Shown piece after piece: positions 10,088-20,214 of a stretch of 64,000 nucleotides of DNA. Within the stretch, counting starts at the first letter, position 1; each line of letters starts with the position of its first letter. The notes below the pieces were generated by a model that was given only the letters and a program-made list of their open reading frames with translations, searched no databases and had not been told where the DNA came from. Made by a program: the position numbers and the translations under genes. Source of the DNA: Ferruginibacter sp. (GTDB lineage: Bacteria > Bacteroidota > Bacteroidia > Chitinophagales > Chitinophagaceae); the NCBI GenBank assembly GCA_040006615.1, contig JBDTWP010000002.1:6574-70573 (forward strand), given 5' to 3'.

Positions 10088-11626
10088 CTAGGAATAGATG
10101 TCAGCGGTTTGTAGAAATTTCTGCCAGTCTTCCAGCATCTTACCTTTCAATACCCTTGGGAATTTATGCTGGCCACCAATCTTGCCTTTTGATTTCATAA
10201 ATTCCATAAATGTCTCTTCTGAAAGAACCGTTACAATCACATCTTTCAGGGCATGTTTTCTTTCTACCTCATAATCATCATTCAATTCTTTCAGTTTTTC
10301 GTCTATACTAAAACGCAGGTCTTTATTGTTTACTATATCGTCGGTAGCTACATACCAATGATGGGCGAAAAACATTCCATATGGCTCACCAGTTACCGTA
10401 AATTCGGGGATGGAAATATTTAATTCTTCACTCGCCATTTCTATGGCTTTGTTCATATTGTCCACGCTCAAATGTTCACCCACCAGGCTTAAAAAATGCC
10501 TGGTTCTCCCCGTAATGATGATCTCGCTTTTTTCCTTGTCTACCAGGCGCACGGTATCACCAATGGCATAACGCCATGCTCCGGCATTGGTACTTATTAA
10601 AATCGCATACTCTTTATTTTCTTCTATTTCATGAATCATGTATGCTTCCGGGTTTTCGACCATTTTTCCATCAATGTCAAAGTTGATTTCATCAAAGGGA
10701 ACGAATTCGAAAAAAATATTATTATTTAATGCAAGGTGCATACCTACCGCACCCTGCCTGTTTTGGTATGCCAAAAACCCTTCACTCGCAAGGTAGGTTT
10801 CAATATAAGTGATTGGTTTGCCCAGTAATTTTTCAAAACCCTTTCTATAAGGCTCCATTGCAACTCCCCCGTGTACATAAAAGGCGAGGTTTGGCCAGAT
10901 TTCGTGTATATTGTTCAGTTTGTAACGGAGAATGATTTTTTCCATGCACAACTGCAACCAGGCGGGAACACCTACAATAAAACCTATATCCCAATCAGGA
11001 GCATTGTCAACGATCTCCTCCAGTTTTTTTGCCCAATCTTTTTCTTTGGCAATTTTTTTTCCGGGTTTGTATAAACCAAGTCCCTGGAACCAGAATGGAA
11101 TATTTTTTTGTTGAATGCCACTCAGATCACCTGCAAAATAAGTTGGTCCTTTTTGCAACTGGGTACTTCCACCCAACATCAACCAGCCTTTGCCTATTGC
11201 ACTCCTGGGGACATCTTCGTATTTGGCAAGACTTAACAGTTGTTTGAAACTGGTAATGGTATTGCTGCGTATGAGATCTTTTGTTATAGGAATAAATTTA
11301 CTGGATGCTTCGCTTGTGCCACTACTAAGGGCGAAGTAATGGATAACTCCAGGCCAGCAAACATCAGGTATGCCTTCTTTTGCCTTGTGCCACCATTGCG
11401 CATATAATTTACTGTAATCGTAAGTAGGGACCAATTGCTGAAACTTCCTGCCCGGATGACTGCTCATTAAAATCTCGTCAAATTTAAACAATTGGCCAAA
11501 CTGTGTAAACCTTGCCTTGCGCAACAATTTTTTCAGCACTTTTATTTGTTGCCGCCTGGGGTCGCTAACTGGCAGTTTTAATGCCCTTGCGATACTTTTG
11601 GGGAGTTTCAATTCAAAGATTGGCAT
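10088..11626 (-). CDS. GH3 auxin-responsive promoter family acyl-adenylate protein
   Basis: ALSSGTS, YLASEGF, WRYAIGDTV, GGQHKFPRV. Confidence 0.92.
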   Translation of the reverse strand: MPIFELKLPKSIARALKLPVSDPRRQQIKVLKKLLRKARFTQFGQLFKFDEILMSSHPGRKFQQLVPTYDYSKLYAQWWHKAKEGIPDVCWPGVIHYFALSSGTSEASSKFIPITKDLIRSNTITSFKQLLSLAKYEDVPRSAIGKGWLMLGGSTQLQKGPTYFAGDLSGIQQKNIPFWFQGLGLYKPGKKIAKEKDWAKKLEEIVDNAPDWDIGFIVGVPAWLQLCMEKIILRYKLNNIHEIWPNLAFYVHGGVAMEPYRKGFEKLLGKPITYIETYLASEGFLAYQNRQGAVGMHLALNNNIFFEFVPFDEINFDIDGKMVENPEAYMIHEIEENKEYAILISTNAGAWRYAIGDTVRLVDKEKSEIIITGRTRHFLSLVGEHLSVDNMNKAIEMASEELNISIPEFTVTGEPYGMFFAHHWYVATDDIVNNKDLRFSIDEKLKELNDDYEVERKHALKDVIVTVLSEETFMEFMKSKGKIGGQHKFPRVLKGKMLEDWQKFLQTADIYS

Positions 11627-11908
11627 GCATTGGAATATAGGTTTTGAACAAAATTACTGCTTACAGTTGTTTTTTGGGCAATAATTTATCTGGGATACCG
11701 GTTTATTATTCTTCCCAGGATCAGCGGCAATCATTAAAGCAAAATAAATATACTACAAAAGTACAGAACAATTGCTATATGGTTATTGAAGCGGCACATT
11801 TCCAATTTGAATGCACCCTTTTCAAGAGTGTAATGGATCTCCTGCCAATTATATAATTAAACCATTGCCGGTTAACTATGATATATTTTGAATCTTTTAT
11901 AACTTTAT

Positions 11909-12448
11909 ATGATGGGAATATTGAATATCGAATTTAAGGCAGTTACTAATAAGCTTGCGGAACTGGAAGAACTTTTACAATCTTTTGATCCGGTATTTAT
12001 TGGTGAAGACCACCAGGTTGATACTTATTTTAATGTATCTTCCGGAAGATTAAAACTAAGAGAAGGAAATATTGAGAATGCCCTGATACAGTACGATAGG
12101 GTAAACACAGCCTGCAGTAAATCTTCGCATGTGTCATTGTACCATCCTCAGCCCGGAAACGCTTTAAAGGAAATATTGGTTAACTCATTGGGAATAAAAG
12201 CGGTGGTAGACAAAAGAAGGAAGATTTATTTTATAGGTAATGTCAAATTTCATTTTGACAGGGTAAAGGATTTGGGGACTTTTATAGAAGTAGAAGCCAT
12301 AGATAAAGAAGGGACCATTGGAGATGAAATGCTGCAGGCACAATGCAATCGTTACGCTGCTTTTTTTAATATTGCCGAAAAGGATTTTGTTGCAGGGTCC
12401 TATAGTGATTTGGTCATGGAGAAATCTATGATGTCAGGAATAAATTAA
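11909..12448 (+). CDS. CYTH-domain protein (class IV adenylate cyclase-like)
   Basis: NIEFKA (ExExK-like), QVDTYF, RLKLRE, FHFDRVKDLGTFIEVE. Confidence 0.9.
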   Translation: MMGILNIEFKAVTNKLAELEELLQSFDPVFIGEDHQVDTYFNVSSGRLKLREGNIENALIQYDRVNTACSKSSHVSLYHPQPGNALKEILVNSLGIKAVVDKRRKIYFIGNVKFHFDRVKDLGTFIEVEAIDKEGTIGDEMLQAQCNRYAAFFNIAEKDFVAGSYSDLVMEKSMMSGIN

Positions 12449-12506
12449 AAGACATATAAATAAACCTGTATCCAATAGATTATTTATCTAACAAAAAAAA
12501 CCGACA

Positions 12507-13310
12507 ATGAAAAGATATTTCAAATCAATTCTGACAATTTTATTTATGGTGTCTGTGTTAACTCTTGATGCGCAAAATGAATCTTCTTCCATCAAAGGAG
12601 AGGAAGTAACCTACATTGACGGTACTACTACTTTAAAAGGGTATGTAGCATACGATGAAAAGCAGCAGGGCAAACGGCCTGTCATTATTGTAGTTCCTGA
12701 ATGGTGGGGTTGTAACGACTATACGCGTATGAGAGCGAGAATGTTAGCGGAATCAGGATATATAGCCATCGCGGCAGACATATATGGCGATGGAAAAATA
12801 GCCGACAATCCTACTGATGCACAGGCATCCGCCACTCCGTTTTATAAAGATCCGCAGTTAGGAAAATCAAGATTGGAGGCGGCAGTTAAAAAAGTAAAGG
12901 AGTTTCCCCAGGCAAACGCGGATAAAATGGCTGCTATCGGTTATTGTTTTGGTGGATCAATGGTATTGAATGCCGCAAAATTGGGTATGGATTTTAAAGG
13001 TGTGGTTAGTTTTCATGGGGGGCTTGCTACTGTACCGGCTACACCCGGGATTACCAGGGCAAAAATTTTAGTTTGTCATGGTAGTGCAGATAAGTTTGTA
13101 AGCACTGAAGACATAAAGACTTTCAGAGATAACCTGGATGCATTAAAAGTGCCCTATACCTTTAAAGTATATGAAGGTGCAACACATGCATTTTCCAATC
13201 CAATTGCAACGGCAACAGGTAAAAAATTTAACATGCCTATCGAATACAATGAAGTCGCTGATAAACAATCCTGGAAGGACATGAAGGATTTCTTTAAAAA
13301 GATTTTTTGA
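12507..13310 (+). CDS. Exported dienelactone hydrolase family protein
   Basis: Signal peptide, PEWWG, GYCFGG, HGSAD, HAFSNP. Confidence 0.92.
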   Translation: MKRYFKSILTILFMVSVLTLDAQNESSSIKGEEVTYIDGTTTLKGYVAYDEKQQGKRPVIIVVPEWWGCNDYTRMRARMLAESGYIAIAADIYGDGKIADNPTDAQASATPFYKDPQLGKSRLEAAVKKVKEFPQANADKMAAIGYCFGGSMVLNAAKLGMDFKGVVSFHGGLATVPATPGITRAKILVCHGSADKFVSTEDIKTFRDNLDALKVPYTFKVYEGATHAFSNPIATATGKKFNMPIEYNEVADKQSWKDMKDFFKKIF

Positions 13311-13400
13311 TCAATTGAACGAATTCTAAAACACGAATTACACGAATTAAAGTCCGGCAACCTTTCATTAGTCCTGATAAAATGTATTTATTTTTGCATT

Positions 13401-13883
13401 ATGGCTGAGGACTTAACAATTTTCCAGGGAAATAAAATTGAAATATACCAGTCGCTTATTCCACAAATTGCTGCATTAATTGATGGGGAACCAGACCTGG
13501 TTGCCAACCTGGCCAATATTGCGGCGGCATTAAAAGAACAGTTCGGCTGGTTATGGGTTGGGTTTTATTTAGTGAAAGATGACGAACTGGTCCTTGGCCC
13601 GTTCCAGGGGCCGGTAGCCTGTACCCGTATCAGCAGGGGAAGAGGTGTTTGTGGAGCATCCTGGCAAGGATCACAAACTTTAATTGTTCCGGATGTTGAA
13701 AAATTCCCCGGCCATATTGCCTGCAGCAGTTTATCCAGGTCTGAGATCGTAGTTCCTATTATTCGTGACAATGAAGTATTGGGAGTACTGGATGCAGACA
13801 GTGAATCATTGAATCTTTTTGATGATACTGATAAACAAAGCCTTGAGGAGATTGTGAACCTGCTGAATTTTAGAGCTTTTTAG
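13401..13883 (+). CDS. msrC: GAF-domain free methionine-(R)-sulfoxide reductase
   Basis: WVGFY, LGPFQGPVAC, GRGVCG, FPGHIAC, SEIVVP, LDADS. Confidence 0.88.
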   Translation: MAEDLTIFQGNKIEIYQSLIPQIAALIDGEPDLVANLANIAAALKEQFGWLWVGFYLVKDDELVLGPFQGPVACTRISRGRGVCGASWQGSQTLIVPDVEKFPGHIACSSLSRSEIVVPIIRDNEVLGVLDADSESLNLFDDTDKQSLEEIVNLLNFRAF

Positions 13884-13909
13884 AAAACTGTAAAATTCAA
13901 TAGGATTTT

Positions 13910-14518
13910 TTATAAGTTTGGGGTATCATCCTTCCAGCCCCATAAATACCGGCATGCATAGGTTCTGTAAGGTTTCCATTTTTGCGAAAGCTTCAGCATT
14001 TTTTCTTTAAATGCTTTTTTATCCAGGTCCTTTAGTTTATACAATTTTTTAATGCTATTTTGTATGCCCAGGTCATCCAAAGCAAACACATCCTCCCTGC
14101 CAAAGGTAAACATCAGGATCATTTCCACGGTCCACTGCCCTACCCCTTTAATTTGCGACAGGTATTTTATCAGATCTTCATTGCTTAGTTTATGAAGTTT
14201 GGCATCTGTGATCTTTTGTTCTATAAAAAACCGGCAAACATTCTGTACATAATTTGCCTTTGCATAACTAAGCCCGATGCTTCGCAAGGTTTCAACCGGA
14301 GTATCAACAATTTGCTGTGGGACAGGCTTTTGGTTCTCATAAAGATTTAAAAAGCGATTAAAAATAACAGCAGCTACTTTTGTATTTAATTGCTGGCTCA
14401 TGATGGAAGCGCACAGGTCCAGGTATACATCTTTTCTTTTTACCAAAACAAATGGTTGTTGTACAGCTATTATTTTTTTTAGATGTTTGTCTTTGCTTAG
14501 GTGAATTATATGTTCCAT
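13910..14518 (-). CDS. alkA: DNA-3-methyladenine glycosylase II (HhH-GPD)
   Basis: SQQL, IKGVGQWTVEM, DDLGI, WKPYRTYA. Confidence 0.88.
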   Translation of the reverse strand: MEHIIHLSKDKHLKKIIAVQQPFVLVKRKDVYLDLCASIMSQQLNTKVAAVIFNRFLNLYENQKPVPQQIVDTPVETLRSIGLSYAKANYVQNVCRFFIEQKITDAKLHKLSNEDLIKYLSQIKGVGQWTVEMILMFTFGREDVFALDDLGIQNSIKKLYKLKDLDKKAFKEKMLKLSQKWKPYRTYACRYLWGWKDDTPNL

Positions 14519-14773
14519 TCATTTATTTAACAGATAAAAATAAAGGTAAAATTAATTCCTATTTTGTTCCAATATGACTGGCTCACCAGGAAAATTATTT
14601 CATTGCAGGATGTTATTAAAAATGTGGATAAACGGGCCAGGTTATTTTGACCATTGAGATATTTCGAAGAAAGTGGCCGGGCCTTAAAGAATTTATCAAA
14701 ATTGTTACCAAACTTTGTTTATGGCGCCTAATATAAAAAGTGGTAACTCTTTAACAAATAATAAAATAAATTA

Positions 14774-14845
14774 ATGAATAAAGAGCAAATCATTCGTCTC
14801 ATTATAGCATATATTTATCTAGATTTTATTAAAAAGGCTAATTAG
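14774..14845 (+). CDS. Candidate 23-aa small protein
   Basis: MNKEQIIRLIIAYIYLDFIKKAN, preceded by an A-rich leader (aataataaaataaatta) and followed by the hairpin ctccgc-gacg-gcggag. Confidence 0.3.
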   Translation: MNKEQIIRLIIAYIYLDFIKKAN

Positions 14846-14968
14846 GGCTCCTGCTCCGCGACGGCGGAGGTTCTGATCCCTTAAAAAGGCGCTGAACAAT
14901 GTTATCACTTTCCGGAGTAGTGTCAATTTTACAGGTATCACTTTACAAACAACGGTAAACTGTATAGA

Positions 14969-15832
14969 ATGGTCCACCAGACTGCCTTATATAAAATATT
15001 ATATTCCTTCTTAACGAGGATTATCATCGGTATTTTAGTTGTGGGAGGATCAGTTGTTTTAGTAGAAATCGCTGGCAGGTATTTAATTAACAAAACTCAA
15101 ATAACCGAAGAATTGGAAAATGCCATTGTTGGAATTTCTGATGCGGGAATAGCATTATTCAGTTACGTTTTACTTTTTAGATTTTATGAAAAAAGGCAAA
15201 TTAAAGAATTAAGCTGGACTACATTTGGGAAAAATGCGCTTATTGGTTTTTTTGCAGGGTTGGCCTTACAATCCTTGGTAATTTTAGTTATTTACCTGGC
15301 CGGTGGCTATTCCATTATACATTCCAACCCTGTTTCATTCCTTTTACCGGCATTTGTCGCTTCACTGACCGCAGGATTTGTTGTAGAATTACTAATAAGG
15401 GGAATAATATTCCGGTTAACGGAAGAAAAATTTGGGACTTTAATTGCCTTAATTATTTCTGCCCTGCTTTTTGCGCTTTCGCATGCAGCCAACAAGGAAA
15501 CTTCGTTTCTTTCAGTACTTTCAACCACTATCCAGGCGGGCATTTTGCTTTCCGCAGTATATGTATTTTCCCGAAACCTGTGGATTTCAATATTTTTACA
15601 CTTTGCCTGGGACTTTGCTGAGCCTGGAATTTACGGTGGAATTAATCCTGGTATTAATATTGAAAAAAGTTTACTCACAAGCAAAATTACAGGTTCTGAA
15701 TTGTTAACGGGAGGCCAGTTTGGACCAGGAAATTCAATACAGGCATTAATGTTTTGTTTAATAGCCGGGCTGTTACTGTTATGGTTGGCAAAACAAAGGG
15801 GCAAATTCATAAAGCCTTATTACAAGAAATAA
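14969..15832 (+). CDS. CPBP (Abi/CAAX protease-like) intramembrane protein
   Basis: Multiple TM segments; ELLIRG, FALSH and HFAWD motifs. Confidence 0.88.
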   Translation: MVHQTALYKILYSFLTRIIIGILVVGGSVVLVEIAGRYLINKTQITEELENAIVGISDAGIALFSYVLLFRFYEKRQIKELSWTTFGKNALIGFFAGLALQSLVILVIYLAGGYSIIHSNPVSFLLPAFVASLTAGFVVELLIRGIIFRLTEEKFGTLIALIISALLFALSHAANKETSFLSVLSTTIQAGILLSAVYVFSRNLWISIFLHFAWDFAEPGIYGGINPGINIEKSLLTSKITGSELLTGGQFGPGNSIQALMFCLIAGLLLLWLAKQRGKFIKPYYKK

Positions 15833-15853
15833 TGGGGTGCCGGGGGTAGTAAT

Positions 15854-16537
15854 TTATTGTGGCTTATTGGCATAAACAAAAACATCTATCAGATCTTCTT
15901 CTTTGTTTAAATTAAGTTTGTTCCGGGTTATATACTCTTCAATATTTTTACCAGGAAAAAGTTTACCGATGTTCTTCTTGTTGGCTTCCGCAAAATGCCC
16001 GTTTATAGAACTTATATAGTACGTTGTTTGCTTTAAAAATACCAGCACTTCGTTAGCATCCAGCTGATGATTCGAAATATCCAAAATCACATCATGGCTT
16101 TCTACTTTATTAGTCGGAGAATTAGTTATAGAAGGGGCTAACTTTTCTCTGTGCGTAAGTCTCAATGTCCGTTTTACAGCAAGCCTGGCACTAGCCGAAC
16201 TGGCAACCCATTCAAAATACCTGTTATCATAAAAGAAAGTGTCGGAACCAATACTTATGCAATTAATATCTTTTTCATTAGCTATAACAAGTGTATCTCC
16301 TTTCTCATCAATATATTTCATCGACTCATTAAAATAATCATAATTAAATTTTCCGTTCGCTATATCCCCGTTTTTAAGGTAGACCCTGGCCCGGGTGAAC
16401 GCAGGAAATTTGTAGGCTGCTTTTGCAATAAAATCATCAGCTTCTTTCCCTACAACTCTTATGGTCTCAGCTTTTTGAGCAAAAACGGATGAAATGCAAA
16501 GGAAAAATATGCAGGTAAAGTTAAGTACTGTTTTCAT
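15854..16537 (-). CDS. Exported hypothetical protein
   Basis: Signal peptide ending VFAQ; 227-aa ORF. Confidence 0.75.
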   Translation of the reverse strand: MKTVLNFTCIFFLCISSVFAQKAETIRVVGKEADDFIAKAAYKFPAFTRARVYLKNGDIANGKFNYDYFNESMKYIDEKGDTLVIANEKDINCISIGSDTFFYDNRYFEWVASSASARLAVKRTLRLTHREKLAPSITNSPTNKVESHDVILDISNHQLDANEVLVFLKQTTYYISSINGHFAEANKKNIGKLFPGKNIEEYITRNKLNLNKEEDLIDVFVYANKPQ

Positions 16538-16642
16538 AATTATATATTAGTGAACCAGTCATGTGAACCGGTCTATGCACACTTCACAAAATCTATTGAT
16601 GAAAGGTAGGATTTATTTTTCAAGTGATCCCGTTCGGCTCAC

Positions 16643-16673
16643 AAAAAATCCCCGGTTTAAAACGGGGGGATTT
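16643..16673 (-). terminator. Rho-independent terminator of typA
   Basis: Hairpin aaatcccc..ggggattt with an A6 tract (U-tract on the minus strand), 20 bp past the typA stop. Confidence 0.75.
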
Positions 16674-16692
16674 GATTTGCATGTTTTTTATC

Positions 16693-18501
16693 TTAAGCTT
16701 CTTGTCCCATTGACTTGGAAACTCTCTTCCGCTCATCTTCGTTTAAAATAACCTTGCGCATTCGTACCGATTTTGGAGTCACTTCAATACACTCATCCTG
16801 CTGGATATATTCCATGCATTCTTCCAAAGTCATTAAAATTTTGGGTGCTGCACGGGTGGCATCATCACTGCCACTTGCACGGTGATTGGTTAATTTTTTT
16901 GGATCAGTAGCGTTTACATTCAAATCACCTGGTTTAATATGCTCGGCAATTACCTGTCCTATATAAACTTCTTCACCCGGGTCAACAAAGAACCTTCCCC
17001 TGTCCTGCAGTTTATCAATTGAATATGCGGTGGTTCTGTCCTGGTTTTTAGATAATAAAACACCATTACTCCTTCCCGGAATTGACCCTTTCCATGGCCG
17101 GTAATCGGTAAACCTATGAGCCATTACTGCCTCTCCTGCCGTGCCGGTTAACATACTGCTGCGTAATCCTATTAAACCTCTTGATGGGATATCAAATTCC
17201 AGGTGTTGCATTTCACCCTTACTTTCCATTACAAGCAATTCGCCTTTTCGCTGGGTAACCATATCAATTACTTTACCACTGAATTCCTGGGGCACATCTA
17301 CCACGAGGTTTTCATAAGGCTCGCACTTTTTGCCATCAATTTCTTTAATCAATACCTGTGGATTACCTACTGTTAATTCAAATCCTTCCCTTCTCATTGT
17401 TTCTATTAATATGCCGAGATGTAAAATACCTCTTCCGAATACCAAAAAACGATCCGCACTATCCGTGTCTTCAACCCGAAGTGCGAGGTTTTTTTCAGTT
17501 TCCTTCATTAACCTGTCTTTTAAATGCCTGGAGGTTACAAATTTTCCATCCCTGCCAAAAAACGGTGAGTTGTTAATGCTAAACATCATACTCATGGTTG
17601 GCTCATCTACACTGATCACGGGTAAAGCTTCCGGAAAATCCACATCACAAATAGTATCACCGATATTAAACTCCTCCAAACCAACTATAGCGCAAATATC
17701 ACCCGCACTTACTTCGGTGGCTTTCTTTTTACCAAGAGCCTCAAAAGTGTAAAGTTCCTTTATTTTCATCTTCCTGATGCCTCCGCCAGCCTGCACCAAT
17801 GAAATCTGCTGTCCATCCCTGACAACACCACGGGCGACCTTACCTACCGCAATTCTTCCAAGGAAGGAAGAATAATCCAACGACGTGATCTGCATCTGGG
17901 TAGTACCTTCATTCACTTTGGGTTCGGGTACAAACTCTAAAATGGCATCTAATAAAGGGAAAATATTATCTGTTTCCGTGAGTGAAGTATTCATCCAGCC
18001 CTTCTTGCTGCTACCATATATGGTAGGAAAATTCAATTGCTCTTCCGTGGCATCCAGGTTAAAAAACAATTCAAAGACAGCGTCATGTACCTCATCAGGG
18101 CGGCAGTTTGGTTTATCCACTTTATTTATAACAACGATGGGAAGTAACCCTAAATGCAACGCTTTTTGCAATACAAAACGCGTTTGAGGCATTGGCCCTT
18201 CAAAAGCATCTACCAGCAACAATACCCCATCTGCCATTTTTAATACTCTTTCTACTTCCCCGCCAAAATCACTATGGCCCGGTGTATCAATCACATTAAT
18301 TTTAACATCTTTATAGATCACTGATACATTCTTACTAAAAATGGTGATCCCTCTTTCCCTTTCAAGATCGTTGGTATCCATAATCAATTCTCCGGTTTCC
18401 TGGTTGTCACGAAAGATGTTGGTACTGTGTAAAATCTTGTCTACCAACGTAGTTTTGCCATGATCAACGTGTGCAATGATGGCGACGTTTCTTATATTCA
18501 T
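16693..18501 (-). CDS. typA: Translational GTPase TypA/BipA
   Basis: [42 protein letters not shown]. Confidence 0.98.
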   Translation of the reverse strand: MNIRNVAIIAHVDHGKTTLVDKILHSTNIFRDNQETGELIMDTNDLERERGITIFSKNVSVIYKDVKINVIDTPGHSDFGGEVERVLKMADGVLLLVDAFEGPMPQTRFVLQKALHLGLLPIVVINKVDKPNCRPDEVHDAVFELFFNLDATEEQLNFPTIYGSSKKGWMNTSLTETDNIFPLLDAILEFVPEPKVNEGTTQMQITSLDYSSFLGRIAVGKVARGVVRDGQQISLVQAGGGIRKMKIKELYTFEALGKKKATEVSAGDICAIVGLEEFNIGDTICDVDFPEALPVISVDEPTMSMMFSINNSPFFGRDGKFVTSRHLKDRLMKETEKNLALRVEDTDSADRFLVFGRGILHLGILIETMRREGFELTVGNPQVLIKEIDGKKCEPYENLVVDVPQEFSGKVIDMVTQRKGELLVMESKGEMQHLEFDIPSRGLIGLRSSMLTGTAGEAVMAHRFTDYRPWKGSIPGRSNGVLLSKNQDRTTAYSIDKLQDRGRFFVDPGEEVYIGQVIAEHIKPGDLNVNATDPKKLTNHRASGSDDATRAAPKILMTLEECMEYIQQDECIEVTPKSVRMRKVILNEDERKRVSKSMGQEA

Positions 18502-18770
18502 TATTAAATAGCTTTTTGCCTTTAGCTCTTAGACTACCCATTGGTTGAAAGCTAATCTATGCTGCGTGCTGATTTTCGATGTGCAAAAGTACGCTAATCC
18601 AGCCGTATCGCAAGGTTAAACTTGAGATATTGGGATGCCGGAGGGTTGGGATATCCAGAGATGGACAACATGGGGATAAGTCCACAAAAAGCCCATTACT
18701 TCTAATGACAAGTAATTGATTTTTATATGGTTGAGTGGGCATTTCCGGCTGTTTAGGCCAGGCCCTTCTG

Positions 18771-19898
18771 CTAAACCCGTATATAGATCTTTTTTTTATC
18801 CAATATATAACCCACTAACCAACAGCAAAGCATAAATGTCAGTGCAAAGAGGAGTGACCCGGTATATGCACCAGCATGGCTGAAAATATTTAGCCATAGC
18901 CATCGAAACAGGGTAGTCTTAGGATCCACTTTGAAAATAAACAGGAGAATGACAGCCAGTTCAGATAACAGGTAAATGAATAAGGGGTTTCGTCCAAAGA
19001 CCTCAAAAAAATTAGTCCAGCGGGTTTTGCCCAGGAATTGAGTGATGTATATAATAAAAGCCAATATAACACAATCGAGGCCAACGGTATACAAAACAAA
19101 GGAACTTGTCCATAGTTTTTTGTTTACCGGGAAGCTAAGATCCCAGCAATAACCGAGAAAAGTTAAAGCCACTCCCAATAGTAATAAAACGCTTAGACCT
19201 TCGTAGGTGTTTCCTTTCTTCTGTATGTATCTTCCGGCTATATAGCCGGCCACTACATTACCGATGGCCGGTAAAGTACTCAGCAACCCTTCGGGTTCAA
19301 ATGCAACGCCTTCACCATGGTACAGGTGTTTATCTCCCAACAGCCAGCGATCGAGACGTAGCACGGCATTTCCTTCTAAACTCAATGGTGCGATAGGGTC
19401 ACCCAATATATACAACAATCTCCAGTAGATGAATAAAAGGATAACACTGATGATCAATGCTGTTCCTGGTTTCAGGTAATACAACATGAGTGATGCAATG
19501 CCATAGCAAAGTGCAATTCTTTGTAAAACACCAAACACCCTTGTTTCACTAAAAGGGAACCCAATGACCTTATTGGCTGCATTAATCTTTACAAAAGGAA
19601 ACCAGTACATTAGGTATCCCAGCAAAAAAATAATGAAGGTTCTTCTAAAGATCTTCCACAAAACTTCATTTTGTTTAAGGTTATTCCATTTGGGCATCAC
19701 AAAACTCAATGCATTTCCCACAGCAAATACAAAGGAGGGAAAAACCAGGTCGGTAGGTGTAAACCCGTTCCAGTGGGCATGCAGTAACGGGGCGAAAGTA
19801 GTTGCTCCGTTACCGGGTGTATTTACAATGATCATAAAACAAATGGTCATGCCCCGGAATACATCCAGCGCTAAAAATCGTTTTGGAGCAGTGGTCAT
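18771..19898 (-). CDS. HGSNAT-like membrane acyltransferase (DUF5009/DUF1624)
   Basis: LDVFRG, DLVFPSF, GVLQRIA, EPEGLLST, NKKLWTSSF. Confidence 0.88.
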   Translation of the reverse strand: MTTAPKRFLALDVFRGMTICFMIIVNTPGNGATTFAPLLHAHWNGFTPTDLVFPSFVFAVGNALSFVMPKWNNLKQNEVLWKIFRRTFIIFLLGYLMYWFPFVKINAANKVIGFPFSETRVFGVLQRIALCYGIASLMLYYLKPGTALIISVILLFIYWRLLYILGDPIAPLSLEGNAVLRLDRWLLGDKHLYHGEGVAFEPEGLLSTLPAIGNVVAGYIAGRYIQKKGNTYEGLSVLLLLGVALTFLGYCWDLSFPVNKKLWTSSFVLYTVGLDCVILAFIIYITQFLGKTRWTNFFEVFGRNPLFIYLLSELAVILLFIFKVDPKTTLFRWLWLNIFSHAGAYTGSLLFALTFMLCCWLVGYILDKKKIYIRV

Positions 19899-20106
19899 AT
19901 TAATAATTTGTAGTACTCCAATTTAGGTAATTTTATCAACAGGATTAAAAGTTAAAGGATTAATCTTTACAGGTTGATTGCAGGGCCCCTGTAAATATAG
20001 CTGACCAAAACTCCCTCTTCGCCGGTAAAAATTGGTACAGGACACTGCATTTTTGTCGCCCCACGCCGGGATTTTGATGGGGCCACTACTTCGGTCTGTC
20101 AAATTG

Positions 20107-20172
20107 CTGATATCGATCATACAAGTTTTTGATGGGAATCATCCAATTAAAAAGCAAGTTCCCACATCTTTG
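20107..20172 (+). promoter_or_regulatory. Twin FNR/Crp-like boxes plus -7 element upstream of ccoI
   Basis: CTGAT-ATCG-ATCAT (20107-20120), TTGAT-GGGA-ATCAT (20129-20142) and CATCTTTG (20165-20172). Confidence 0.7.
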
Positions 20173-20214
20173 TAGCAGTAGTCTTCTCTTAAATCTAAAT
20201 ACAGTTATATCAAA

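Noticed and set aside
9862-10114. Overlapping short ORFs between kdsB and the GH3 gene
   Set aside because: No recognisable motif in any frame; cannot support as genes.
17330-18187. Antisense ORFs inside typA (and similar ones inside uvrB, polA and the VPS10 gene)
   Set aside because: Shadow ORFs on the opposite strand of well-supported genes.
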